Translations under genes and position numbers: made by a program | Origin: Candidatus Daviesbacteria bacterium | GTDB taxonomy: Bacteria > Patescibacteriota > Microgenomatia > Daviesbacterales > UBA10151 | Direction: 5' to 3' | DNA: 64,000 nucleotides | Assembly: GCA_016432425.1 (NCBI GenBank) | Contig: CP066688.1 | Coordinates: 642,619 to 706,618 of the forward strand | Shown here: positions 36,818 to 48,302 of the stretch, piece after piece | Layout of the letters: each line of letters starts with the position of its first letter | Numbering within the stretch: position 1 is the first letter of the stretch | Notes under the pieces: generated by a model | Told to the model about the DNA's origin: nothing | The model's input: the letters and a program-made list of their open reading frames with translations, nothing else | Database searches by the model: none

Positions 36818-37385
36818 GATAAATAAAAACTGCCCGGCAAGTCCAAATCTTTTCAAAGTCTGAATAATTTATTTTTATCTTTTGACCAAGTCTTTCTTTA
36901 TCGTCTGGATCATTTACATAAAAGCCTTGATTATCATAACCGATCAGGACTACTAAATGCCCGGAGCCTCCCTGTTTTAACCTTCTTGGAACAGAGATTA
37001 TTATTGGGTGATTTTTATCCAACTCTACTTTTAAAGTAAATAAACTTTCAGCTAGTTGTTCTTGCTGCATAATCTCTAAATCTGCTTGATCAAAACCTCG
37101 TTCCTGCAATTTTTCCTGTGCTTCTTGATTAACATTCCAACTTCTGGTAATTGCCTTAAACCCTAGATTTTTTGCTAATAAGGCGAGAGAGTGATGGTAC
37201 CAACCTACTCCCTCCAAGTAACCGTTAATTTTCAGTCCTTTTTTGTATAAATCATCAATAGATAAATTAATTGGCTGGTAAAAATCCATAACCATCTTAA
37301 GGGCAACTATTCCACAAGCTTTATCTTGCCAATCCGGATTTTTTGTATCTTTAATTTGAGAGTAATATGGAACATCTAAAATCAT
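36807..37385 (-). CDS. Peptidase C39-like (papain-fold) domain protein
   Basis: VPYYSQ...W...KACGIVALKMV...H matches the C39_2-like Cys/His arrangement. Confidence 0.55.
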   Translation of the reverse strand: MILDVPYYSQIKDTKNPDWQDKACGIVALKMVMDFYQPINLSIDDLYKKGLKINGYLEGVGWYHHSLALLAKNLGFKAITRSWNVNQEAQEKLQERGFDQADLEIMQQEQLAESLFTLKVELDKNHPIIISVPRRLKQGGSGHLVVLIGYDNQGFYVNDPDDKERLGQKIKINYSDFEKIWTCRAVFIYPKN

Positions 37386-38017
37386 GCCAGTATTTTTAAC
37401 CTCCTAATACCGTCACCCATTTGTTTATTATATGAAAAAACTTCTAACTCTGCTGGGAATTGGCTATTTTTAATACTGTCTTGATGAATTCCCTTAATCG
37501 GAGTTAAAGAGCTGGAATGGGCGTAAGTGATCTCCTCATTTTGACTGTCTAAAATTATTACTACATGAGGGATTTCTTCTTTGCTGTTTAATTTAATTAA
37601 ATCCCCAGGCTGAATTTGGGAAAAATCCTCTACTGGATTGCTAAATTCCTCTGAGGTGAGGATGGCCACATTAGTTTTAGAGGCAGGCGGAAAACCTGCT
37701 TCTTCCATCCCCCCTTGGCCAATTTTTTTTAGGAGGTAATCTAATAAATAATAAACAAATCCGGAACAGTCTATCCCCAGCTGGTTTTGTTCCATGAATT
37801 TTCTAATTTCTTCTACTGAAGCCTGGTTTAAATCAAAATTTTGCTCCCTGGCTATTTCCAGAGTATTTTTAATTAACTTCTCTGGAGAGGATTTGCCATA
37901 CTTTCTTCTATCAGGCTGAAACGGAATATTAATACGGTAAGGAGTGAAAACCTGTTTCCCCCCTAAGGGTAGGATAAATTGTTGGTAAGCTTGTTTTAAA
38001 ATTGAAGCGTGATCCAT
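37382..38017 (-). CDS. NlpC/P60-like (C40) peptidase-fold protein
   Basis: LGIDCSGFVYYLL is the NlpC/P60 catalytic Cys motif, with a His downstream (IPHVVIILD...YAHSS). Confidence 0.55.
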   Translation of the reverse strand: MDHASILKQAYQQFILPLGGKQVFTPYRINIPFQPDRRKYGKSSPEKLIKNTLEIAREQNFDLNQASVEEIRKFMEQNQLGIDCSGFVYYLLDYLLKKIGQGGMEEAGFPPASKTNVAILTSEEFSNPVEDFSQIQPGDLIKLNSKEEIPHVVIILDSQNEEITYAHSSSLTPIKGIHQDSIKNSQFPAELEVFSYNKQMGDGIRRLKILA

Positions 38018-38070
38018 AAAGATATTTTATACTATTATAGAGATTTTGGGGCATAAAATCAAACTATAGG

Positions 38071-40173
<2,103 letters not shown>

Positions 40174-40257
40174 TTAGTCTATTGGCGGTATTGTTTTTTA
40201 TAAGTACTGTCCACCAACTTGACTATGGGCTTATTAAGGAGTAAAATATTGTAAATT

Positions 40258-41001
40258 ATGTTAAGACGCTGGATCGAACAACAAGAAGTAACTGGTAACC
40301 TTAATGCTGTTAAAGATGGACAAGATCTCCTAGGTAAATATGGAGATGTATCTTTAGATAACGAGGATAAAATACCTACTTTAGTTAGTAGCCCAAAACA
40401 ACCTGCCGTTATAGATTTAGAAACAGAATGGCTAATAAAAGCAAATAGATTAGCATTTCTTTATGCCAAAGAATTGGGTCAATCAAGAGAACAATATATA
40501 GATTATTTGCCTAAATTTGAGCCCCAACCGGAAAGTTATAGATATAGATTTTACATACCAGCTATAGTCCAAGTTCCTCAAGGCAAGTTAACTCTTGTAA
40601 GGATGTTGGATATTCTAGGAGTTACCAATTATTTATTAAACCTTAGAGATATAAAAGATTGGCAAAAAGACCCACAAAAGTTTAAAACTCCAAATAAACC
40701 TTATACAACTTATCTCCATGATGGTTTAATAAACCTAGGTAGGACTCCAAGAGATGTTAGATCATCTTTAGTTTACGGCGAAAGAGGAGGGACTGTTTTT
40801 GATGGTTTGGCACTACTGGCTCAAGATCCTGATATATTAAAAAATCATTATCTGGATTTACCTGGCTCTCAATATGGGTCTGGCGGCGTTCCGTTTCTGG
40901 GCGGTTGGGGTGCTAGGCCGGGGCTCCGCTACTTTCGGGATGACAGTGTCGGTCCGAAAGGTGGTTCTGTGGTTGCGGGAAGAAATATTGTAACTAAGTA
41001 A
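40258..41001 (+). CDS. Hypothetical protein whose last approximately 32 codons form a DGR-type variable region (putative diversified ligand-binding protein)
   Basis: The 3' 96 nt (40882-40977) match a downstream repeat (41324-41419), with mismatches almost exclusively at adenines of the downstream copy. An SD (AAGGAG) lies upstream of the ATG. Confidence 0.6.
   Translation: MLRRWIEQQEVTGNLNAVKDGQDLLGKYGDVSLDNEDKIPTLVSSPKQPAVIDLETEWLIKANRLAFLYAKELGQSREQYIDYLPKFEPQPESYRYRFYIPAIVQVPQGKLTLVRMLDILGVTNYLLNLRDIKDWQKDPQKFKTPNKPYTTYLHDGLINLGRTPRDVRSSLVYGERGGTVFDGLALLAQDPDILKNHYLDLPGSQYGSGGVPFLGGWGARPGLRYFRDDSVGPKGGSVVAGRNIVTK
40882..40977 (+). repeat. DGR variable repeat (VR) candidate
   Basis: Base-by-base comparison with 41324-41419 over 96 aligned positions gives 28 mismatches. 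In 25 of them the other copy has A where this copy has G, C or T. Confidence 0.7.
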
Positions 41002-41323
41002 TTGGACTTTGACCCTTTTGGCATCTTGATTTTTGGTTTCCAAATTTGTTAAATTATTTCTGAAATTAGGTTAATGAATCCTTAGGCTTTCAGCTTTAGG
41101 GTCACCGAAATCTTCTTTAAGACTAAGAAATCACCAGAGTTTTGTTGAAAATACTTTTAACAAAAGCGTGTGAGAAATTCTTAAGGTACTCCGTGTTTTT
41201 TCCTTTGATCTGCTGGTTGGCGGACGATGAAATTCAGTGGTGAGAATGTTAAGCGAAGCTTGCAAACTTCGTTTGTCAAACCACGGTGGGGTTTTTGTGC
41301 GGGGAGAGACACATAATAAGTCT

Positions 41324-41419
41324 GACAGCGTTCCGTATCTGAACGATTGGAATGATAGACCGAAGCTCAACTACAATCGGGATGACAATGCCAATCCGAA
41401 CTATGGTTCTGTAGTTGCG
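41324..41419 (+). repeat. DGR template repeat (TR) candidate. It is A-rich at the positions that vary in VR, and lies inside the spurious-looking ORF 41237..41569.
   Basis: Same alignment. This copy retains A at all 25 A-type mismatch positions. Confidence 0.7.
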
Positions 41420-41539
41420 ATAGTATCTTTTGAATTTTTAAAGTATCTTAACCAGCCTAATTTTAACCAATCACTACAATCTTATTTAGGTTATTTATCT
41501 CATGCAAATTCTTATCGTTTAACTAATAAATTAATAAGC

Positions 41540-42205
41540 TCAGTTCGGTTTTGGCATTTTCAGCATTAAATATTCCAAAATAGCCCGTTGGTTAACATTT
41601 TGCTTAAACCATTTTTTAGCCTCAAAAAGGGTCTTTAAAAACTGGGTAGCAGGTTCCGGATTGGTAGTTAGTTGATCGCGAAAATAAAAAATTAATCCAT
41701 CTAAAAACTCTCCCCGCTCTTCCAGTTTTTCAATATATTTAAATTGTTCTTCCAGTGAGGATTTTAATAATTTTTCTATATCTTTTTTATAATCCACCCC
41801 GTAGGTGGATTCAGTTGGCACCTTGTCTTTTATTGGATATTTTCTGATGATTTCACAGCGTGACAAAATAGTTGGTAAAAAATAACTCTCAGAGTTGGCA
41901 CCGAGAATTACCAAACCACTTTCTGGCAGCTCCTCGAGAGTTTTTAATAAAGTATTTTGGGCCACTTGAGTCAGCGTGGCAGCATCTTCTAAAACAGCTA
42001 CTTTGCCCTTAGCCTGGACAGGCTTAAAAGCAAAATGTTCTTTAATTTTTTTAGCTTCATTAATGCCCAGTTTGGAATCTGCGGGAATAAAAAGTAGATC
42101 CGGATGGTTTCGATTAATATTTAAGGAGGCAAGAATATTGTCAATCTCCCCTATTCTTGCTTGGGGATCGCCAGCCAGCAAAATTTTAGCTACCATATTT
42201 CGCAT
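41540..42205 (-). CDS. holB: DNA polymerase III delta-prime subunit-like (clamp-loader AAA+ lid/sensor region)
   Basis: NTLLKTLEELP and PTILSRC are sensor motifs characteristic of HolB/DnaX-family proteins. The protein is short at 221 aa. Confidence 0.65.
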   Translation of the reverse strand: MRNMVAKILLAGDPQARIGEIDNILASLNINRNHPDLLFIPADSKLGINEAKKIKEHFAFKPVQAKGKVAVLEDAATLTQVAQNTLLKTLEELPESGLVILGANSESYFLPTILSRCEIIRKYPIKDKVPTESTYGVDYKKDIEKLLKSSLEEQFKYIEKLEERGEFLDGLIFYFRDQLTTNPEPATQFLKTLFEAKKWFKQNVNQRAILEYLMLKMPKPN

Positions 42206-42304
42206 TCTAATTGGGAATCAAGGAAAAATCAATGAAACTAATTGACACTTTGCATTGATTTTGAGCATAATGAAATTAATCCGCTTGAGGGCGGAAAATT
42301 GTCT

Positions 42305-44026
42305 ATGGCAAACGGTTCTGTCCCAAATACTGCTCAAACAGTTTTAGCTCTAGAAGATATTCTTTTAAAACAAGGCTTGCTTTCCCAGTCTCAAGCCTCG
42401 GCCATTAAACTGGAAAGTATTAACTCCGGTAAAACTGCAGAACAAATTATTCAGGAGCATTCACTTATCCCGGCTGATAAAATTTTAACCGCCAAAGCCC
42501 AAATTTTAAATGTTCCTTTTGTCAAATTAGAAGGTAAAGCTATTCAAACACAACTTTTGACTTTGATTCCGGAAGCGGTCGCCCGCCGCTACAGCGTTAT
42601 TCCTTTTGATATGGAACAAGATCAGCTCTCTGTGGCCATGGCCGATCCATTGGATTTGGGGGTAATTCAATTTATTGAGAAAAAATCCGGCAAAAGAATT
42701 AAGCCCTACTTGGCCTCCCCGGCCGAAATTATTAAAACTATTGGTGAACAATATGCCCAAAATTTGGCTCCGGAAGTAACTTCTGCCCTACAAGAAGTGG
42801 CTGAGTCGCAACCAATCTCTAGCACCCACACTGAGGCGCCGGAGGTAATTAAAGAAGCGCCGGTGGCTAACATTGTCAATCAACTGCTGGAATATGCCAT
42901 GAAAACCCGGGCTTCTGATATCCATATTGAACCGGAAGAAGATCGGACTCGCGTCCGCTACCGTATTGACGGAATTTTGCAGGAAAAGATTATTTTACCC
43001 AAAGGGGTGCATGAGGCTTTAATCTCCCGGATTAAAATTATGTCTACTTTAAAAATTGACGAGCGGAGATTGCCCCAGGATGGGCGTTTTAGTTTTGAGT
43101 TTGGCGGTAAAGAAACTGATATCCGGGTTTCTACTGTCCCCACGGTTTTTGGGGAGAAAGTGGTGATGCGGTTACTCCCCAAAGGAGGTGGGGCCCCCAC
43201 TTTAATGGAGTTGGGACTCCGTGGTTCTTCTTTAAAAAATCTGGAAACCCAACTGCTACGTCCTCATGGGATTATTTTGATTACCGGACCGACTGGTTCC
43301 GGAAAAACAACTACCCTCTATTCTATTTTAACTAAAGTTTCTACCATCAAAGTTAATGTTGTGACAATTGAAGATCCTGTTGAGTATCAAATCCCCGGAG
43401 TTAATCAGGTTCAGGTTAATCCGCAAATTGGTTTAACTTTTGCCTCAGCCCTGCGCTCGTTTTTGCGGCAGGACCCCAATATTATTATGGTGGGAGAAGT
43501 TCGGGACACTGAGACAGCAGAACTGGCCATTCAAGCAGCCCTCACCGGCCACCAAGTTTTTTCTACCGTCCATACTAATTCGGCTGCCGGAGCAGCTCCC
43601 CGGCTTTTGGATATGGGAGTGGAGCCGTTTTTATTGACTTCGGCTTTGAATGTGGCAGTAGGCCAGCGGGTAGTACGTAAAATTTGTCCCTCTTGCCGGG
43701 TTCAGTATGATGCTCCCCCGGAAGTGATTGAAAATATTAAAGCTACTTTAGGCAAATTGATTCCCCAGAACCAACCTTTTAAATTATTTAAAGGTGCGGG
43801 TTGCCCCAAATGTAACAGTACCGGTTATTTGGGGCGGGTGGGAATTTATGAAGTGCTGGTGGTGACAGAGGGAATTATTAAATTAATTTTAGAACGGGCT
43901 TCTATCCAAAATATTGAAAATGCGGCAATACAGCACGGGATGATTACCATGAAACAGGATGGTTATTTAAAAGTTTTGGAAGGTGTAACTACCATGGAGG
44001 AGGTACTCAGAGTGGCTCAGGATTAG
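42305..44026 (+). CDS. pilB: Type IV pilus assembly ATPase PilB (GspE family)
   Basis: An N-terminal GSPII_E_N-like region, Walker A GPTGSGKTTTLYS, Asp/His boxes, and a C-terminal tetracysteine CPSCR...CPKC. Confidence 0.9.
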   Translation: MANGSVPNTAQTVLALEDILLKQGLLSQSQASAIKLESINSGKTAEQIIQEHSLIPADKILTAKAQILNVPFVKLEGKAIQTQLLTLIPEAVARRYSVIPFDMEQDQLSVAMADPLDLGVIQFIEKKSGKRIKPYLASPAEIIKTIGEQYAQNLAPEVTSALQEVAESQPISSTHTEAPEVIKEAPVANIVNQLLEYAMKTRASDIHIEPEEDRTRVRYRIDGILQEKIILPKGVHEALISRIKIMSTLKIDERRLPQDGRFSFEFGGKETDIRVSTVPTVFGEKVVMRLLPKGGGAPTLMELGLRGSSLKNLETQLLRPHGIILITGPTGSGKTTTLYSILTKVSTIKVNVVTIEDPVEYQIPGVNQVQVNPQIGLTFASALRSFLRQDPNIIMVGEVRDTETAELAIQAALTGHQVFSTVHTNSAAGAAPRLLDMGVEPFLLTSALNVAVGQRVVRKICPSCRVQYDAPPEVIENIKATLGKLIPQNQPFKLFKGAGCPKCNSTGYLGRVGIYEVLVVTEGIIKLILERASIQNIENAAIQHGMITMKQDGYLKVLEGVTTMEEVLRVAQD

Positions 44027-44027
44027 A

Positions 44028-45080
44028 ATGAATATACAACAATTACTGGAACTGACAATTGAAAAAAATGCTTCGGATTTACATCTGTCGGTGGGTTTTA
44101 TTCCCACCCTGCGCATCCATGGCCAACTAATGCCCATTGCCGGAATGCATCCTGTCAGCCCGGAAGAGATGGACTCAGTAGTAGTAGAGATGCTGACCCC
44201 GCAGCAAAAAGAGGTTTTTCAAAAGGAGTTGGAACTGGATTTTTCTTTTCAGTTTACTGATAGAGGGCGGTTTCGGGTTAATCTTTATCATCAAAAAGGG
44301 CAACTGGCAGCCGCCTTGCGACTGATCCCTTTGAAAATCCGTGGTCTGGAGGAGCTGGGAGCGCCCCTCATTTTAAAAAAACTGCCAGATTTAAAGCAGG
44401 GGTTTATTTTAATTGCCGGTCCCACCGGTCATGGTAAATCAACACTTCTGGCCTCTTTTATTAACCAGATTAACCAGACTCGTCCGGTTCATATTGTGAC
44501 CATTGAAGATCCTATTGAGTATGTTTATCCTCCAGGCCAAGCTTTAATCTCTCAGCGAGAAATGTACAACGATACCAAAAGCTGGGCCGCAGCCTTAAAA
44601 TACGCCCTGCGGGAAGACCCGGATGTAGTTTTAATCGGTGAAATGCGGGATTTGGAGACCATTTCTTCTGCCATGACCATTGCTGAAACCGGACATTTAG
44701 TTTTTGCTACCTTACATACTAACTCTGCTGCCCAATCAGTGGACCGGATTATTGATGTTTTCCAGGAAAACCAGCAACCTCAAATCCGCCTGCAGCTAGC
44801 CTCTACACTGGAGACGATTATTTCGCTGCGTCTGGTTCCGACGATCAATCCGGGGCGAGTTTTGGCAACTGAAATCTTATTTGCCAGCCCGGCAGTGAAG
44901 AATATTATCCGGGAAGGTAAAACTTATATGATTGATAACTTAATTCAGACCTCGGCGGAGCTGGGGATGGTGAGTCTGGAAAGCTCGCTGGCAGAACTCG
45001 TTAAAGCAGGCACGATCTCCGCAGAAGAAGCTCTCAAGTATGCTCTCCACCCTGAACTTTTGGGGAAACTGCTGAAATGA
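44028..45080 (+). CDS. pilT: Twitching motility/retraction ATPase PilT
   Basis: ASDLHLSVG is PilT-type, followed by Walker A GPTGHGKST and the AIRNLIRE-like NIIREGK. Confidence 0.9.
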   Translation: MNIQQLLELTIEKNASDLHLSVGFIPTLRIHGQLMPIAGMHPVSPEEMDSVVVEMLTPQQKEVFQKELELDFSFQFTDRGRFRVNLYHQKGQLAAALRLIPLKIRGLEELGAPLILKKLPDLKQGFILIAGPTGHGKSTLLASFINQINQTRPVHIVTIEDPIEYVYPPGQALISQREMYNDTKSWAAALKYALREDPDVVLIGEMRDLETISSAMTIAETGHLVFATLHTNSAAQSVDRIIDVFQENQQPQIRLQLASTLETIISLRLVPTINPGRVLATEILFASPAVKNIIREGKTYMIDNLIQTSAELGMVSLESSLAELVKAGTISAEEALKYALHPELLGKLLK

Positions 45081-45111
45081 ATTTTAAAGGCGAAGCTTTC
45101 AAAAGAAGATC

Positions 45112-46314
45112 ATGAATTTTATCTACCGCACCAAAGATAAAGAAGGGCTGGACCATAAAGGGGAAATTGAGGCTGCTGACCAGCGGGCAGCAGCAACTCT
45201 TTTGCACAAACGCGGTTTTGTGGTCCTGGCCTTAAAGCCTAAATCAGAGACGGAAGGAGGCAGTTTGCTGGATCGTTTTTTCTCCCGGGTAACATTTTCC
45301 GATTTAGTGGACCTAACTCGCCAGTTGGCTACGATGGTGGGAGCCGGACTGGTAGTTTCAGAGGCGCTGGATATTTTACAAGATCAACAAAGCAATAAAG
45401 TCTTTAAAAAAACTTTGGAGGAAATCAGTAGCGACGTGAAAGGCGGGTTGACTTTAGGCCAAGCCATGAGCAAACATCCCCAAGTTTTTCCTGTGCTCTA
45501 TGTTAATTTAATTAAAAGCGGTGAGACGGCTGGTAAAATTGACCAGGTGCTTTTGCGGATGGCAGATAATTTGGAAAAACAACGGGAATTTAAAGCCAGG
45601 GTTAAAGGGGCTATGATTTACCCTGTGGTGGTAATTACCATGATGATTGGAGTAATGTTTTTGATGTTTGCCTTTGTGATTCCCCGTTTAACTGCCATCT
45701 ATACTCAAAGCAGTATGCAACTACCACTGCCTACCAGGATTTTAATCACTGTTTCTAATCTTACAGCCGGTTATTGGTATGTGATTATTTTAATAATAAT
45801 TACCATTATTTTAATCTTTAAGCGCTGGAAGCAAACGCCGGAAGGACATTTATCTCACGATAAACTTTTATTAAGACTGCCTTTGATGGGTAATTTAACC
45901 ACTAATGTTAATCTGGCAGATTTTACCAGAACTTTTGGCCTGTTAGTTTCTGCCGGAATTCCTCTGCTGGAGGCCATTAATATTGTCGAAGGGGTGACCG
46001 GTAACCAAGTGTTTAAAAACTCTCTCAAGCAAGCTTATGTGGGAGTGGAGCGGGGTTTGCCTTTTTCTAATATGGTATCCGGCGACCCTTTTCCGCGGAT
46101 TGTGGGACAAATGGTCAGAGTAGGAGAAGAGACCGGTAAAATGGATGAAGTTTTCTTTAAACTGTCTGCTTATTTTGAAACAGAATCAGATAATTTGGTG
46201 AAGAATTTAACCACCGCTATTGAACCAATTGTGCTGGTAATTTTAGGGCTAGGAGTAGCCTTCCTGGTAATTTCTATTATTCTACCTATATACAACCTCA
46301 CCAGTAGTTTTTAA
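45112..46314 (+). CDS. pilC: Type IV pilus platform protein PilC (GspF family)
   Basis: Two GspF repeats, 3 TM helices, and motifs SGETAGKID / GEETGKMDE. Confidence 0.88.
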   Translation: MNFIYRTKDKEGLDHKGEIEAADQRAAATLLHKRGFVVLALKPKSETEGGSLLDRFFSRVTFSDLVDLTRQLATMVGAGLVVSEALDILQDQQSNKVFKKTLEEISSDVKGGLTLGQAMSKHPQVFPVLYVNLIKSGETAGKIDQVLLRMADNLEKQREFKARVKGAMIYPVVVITMMIGVMFLMFAFVIPRLTAIYTQSSMQLPLPTRILITVSNLTAGYWYVIILIIITIILIFKRWKQTPEGHLSHDKLLLRLPLMGNLTTNVNLADFTRTFGLLVSAGIPLLEAINIVEGVTGNQVFKNSLKQAYVGVERGLPFSNMVSGDPFPRIVGQMVRVGEETGKMDEVFFKLSAYFETESDNLVKNLTTAIEPIVLVILGLGVAFLVISIILPIYNLTSSF

Positions 46315-46342
46315 TTTCCCTCTTGACTGAGAGCTTATAGCT

Positions 46343-46930
46343 GTGAATATACTTAAGTATATGCGCCGAACTGCCCTCGGTTATAATTTGTTGTATCAAA
46401 AAAAACGCTCCCCCCTGGGGTTTACCTTAGTAGAACTTTTAGTTGTCATTGCCGTGATGGTTGTTTTAGTGGTGATGGTGATGGTTTTTCTTAATCCCTT
46501 TGAGCAGGTAAAAAGAACCAGAGATGCCAACAGGCTAACGGATTTAGCCCTAATAAAACAAGCAATTGATATTTCTTCGGAGGAGGCTACTGGTTCAGCC
46601 GAGCAGATACTTTGTCATGACACTACTGCTCCCTGCCGCGGCTTCAGTACTAGTGACAGTAAATCTAATAATGGCACGGGTTGGTTAAAAATTGATTTAA
46701 GTAATAATAAAACTGCGGCTTTGAGTAGCTTACCGGTTGATGAAATTAATGATGCGACCTATCATTATACGTATTGTTCAGATGGGAAGAATTGGGAAAT
46801 CAATGCTGTCTTGGAATCTGAAAAGCAAGCTCCATTGATGGGCAGTGATGGTGGCAATGATAATGCCAAGTATGAAATTGGTTCAGATCTGACTCTAATT
46901 TCCTCTACTGGCGGAGTGTGTAATTTTTAA
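46343..46930 (+). CDS. Type IV pilin-like protein (prepilin with a long leader)
   Basis: ...KKRSPLG/FTLVELLVVIAV is a class III signal with Glu at +5. Confidence 0.7.
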   Translation: MNILKYMRRTALGYNLLYQKKRSPLGFTLVELLVVIAVMVVLVVMVMVFLNPFEQVKRTRDANRLTDLALIKQAIDISSEEATGSAEQILCHDTTAPCRGFSTSDSKSNNGTGWLKIDLSNNKTAALSSLPVDEINDATYHYTYCSDGKNWEINAVLESEKQAPLMGSDGGNDNAKYEIGSDLTLISSTGGVCNF

Positions 46931-46955
46931 ATACTGGTGGCAAGTTTCTCCTTAA

Positions 46956-47774
46956 TTGATTTATGATTTAGACATGTTAGCTCTCTTAGGTTTTATAGTC
47001 GGTGCAGTTTTAGGCAGTTTTATTAAAACGTTGACCGATCGTATTCTAAGGCAAGATTCATTGGGTGGTAGATCCCGTTGCCCCCACTGCTCTCACCCTT
47101 TGGCTGCTTTAGATTTAATACCACTGCTTTCTTTTATATTTTTACAGGGCCGGTGCCGTCATTGTCACAAAAATATTGGTCTGGAATATTTGCTGGTAGA
47201 AGTAGTCATGGGAGTTTTGATTGCTTACTTATTTATACAGTATGTTCCCCAAACTATGGATTTGAGCACTGCAGGTGGCGGATGGATTTCAAGTTTCCAA
47301 CTGCTGTTTAAAATTTTTCTAATTAGCGTATTAGTAGCTTTAGCTTTAGCTGACCTTAAAAAAATGCTGATTCCGGATCGGATTGTTTTGCCAGCAATTT
47401 TGATCAGCACAGTTTACCTTTTAATCTTAGCAGGTTCTATTGATATTCAATTATTAATACCTAATTTCTTATCTGCTTTTGTAATTTGGTTATTTTTTAT
47501 GGCAATCATATTGGTCACTGGTGGCAAAGGCATGGGTGGAGGTGACGCTAAGCTGGGAGTTTTAATCGGTTTAAGCGTGGGTTTTCCTTTAAGCTTACTT
47601 TCCATCATGTTATCTTTTTTCTTGGGAGCAGGAGTGGCTTTAATTTTAGTGGCTCTCCGTAAAAGACGTTTTGGTCAAACTCTCCCCTTTGGGCCATTTA
47701 TGGTTTCCAGCACCATTATTTCCCTGTTTTGGGGATACTCTATCATTGATTGGTACCTAAAATTATCTTTTTAA
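46956..47774 (+). CDS. pilD: Prepilin peptidase PilD (A24 family)
   Basis: The zinc-binding pair CPHC...CRHC is present together with the catalytic Asp regions (LADL..., GGGDAKLG), in 8 TM helices. Confidence 0.88.
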   Translation: MIYDLDMLALLGFIVGAVLGSFIKTLTDRILRQDSLGGRSRCPHCSHPLAALDLIPLLSFIFLQGRCRHCHKNIGLEYLLVEVVMGVLIAYLFIQYVPQTMDLSTAGGGWISSFQLLFKIFLISVLVALALADLKKMLIPDRIVLPAILISTVYLLILAGSIDIQLLIPNFLSAFVIWLFFMAIILVTGGKGMGGGDAKLGVLIGLSVGFPLSLLSIMLSFFLGAGVALILVALRKRRFGQTLPFGPFMVSSTIISLFWGYSIIDWYLKLSF

Positions 47775-47822
47775 AAATTTCCTCTTGACAAGATATTTTT
47801 TTTATTTAACAATGGAATAGTA

Positions 47823-48254
47823 ATGAGAAAATTTCTGCCCAGAACTGCCGCTAATCCTCAAGGTTTTACTTTAATTGAGTTATTGGTAGTGATCTCTATT
47901 ATTGCTATTTTATCAGTAGTAGGGGTAACAGTTTTTACCAATACCCAGAAAAACTCCCGTGATACCAGAAGAAAGGCTGATGTTGATTCCATTTCTAAGG
48001 CTTTGGAAGCAAATTACACCAGTGGATCTGCCACGCCCTACCCAATAGTAACTGCTAGTATGTTTACTAGCGGGATTATTCCTGCTGATCCCCAAAATAG
48101 TGGTGCATATGTTTATTCCGGAATCCCCGCTGCAGCGGCAACTACCTATACTGTTTGTACCAAAATGGAAAGCGGTAGCGGCGGTAATGCTTCTGACACT
48201 AACGGTGCAGCAGCTGCTAATGGACCTTTCTACTGCAAGAAAAATCAACAATAA
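47823..48254 (+). CDS. Type IV pilin (major-pilin candidate)
   Basis: MRKFLPRTAANPQG/FTLIELLVVISIIAIL. Confidence 0.8.
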   Translation: MRKFLPRTAANPQGFTLIELLVVISIIAILSVVGVTVFTNTQKNSRDTRRKADVDSISKALEANYTSGSATPYPIVTASMFTSGIIPADPQNSGAYVYSGIPAAAATTYTVCTKMESGSGGNASDTNGAAAANGPFYCKKNQQ

Positions 48255-48302
48255 TTTCCCCGCCAATTGACATTGGACAATTGACATTGGACAATTAAAT
48301 TA

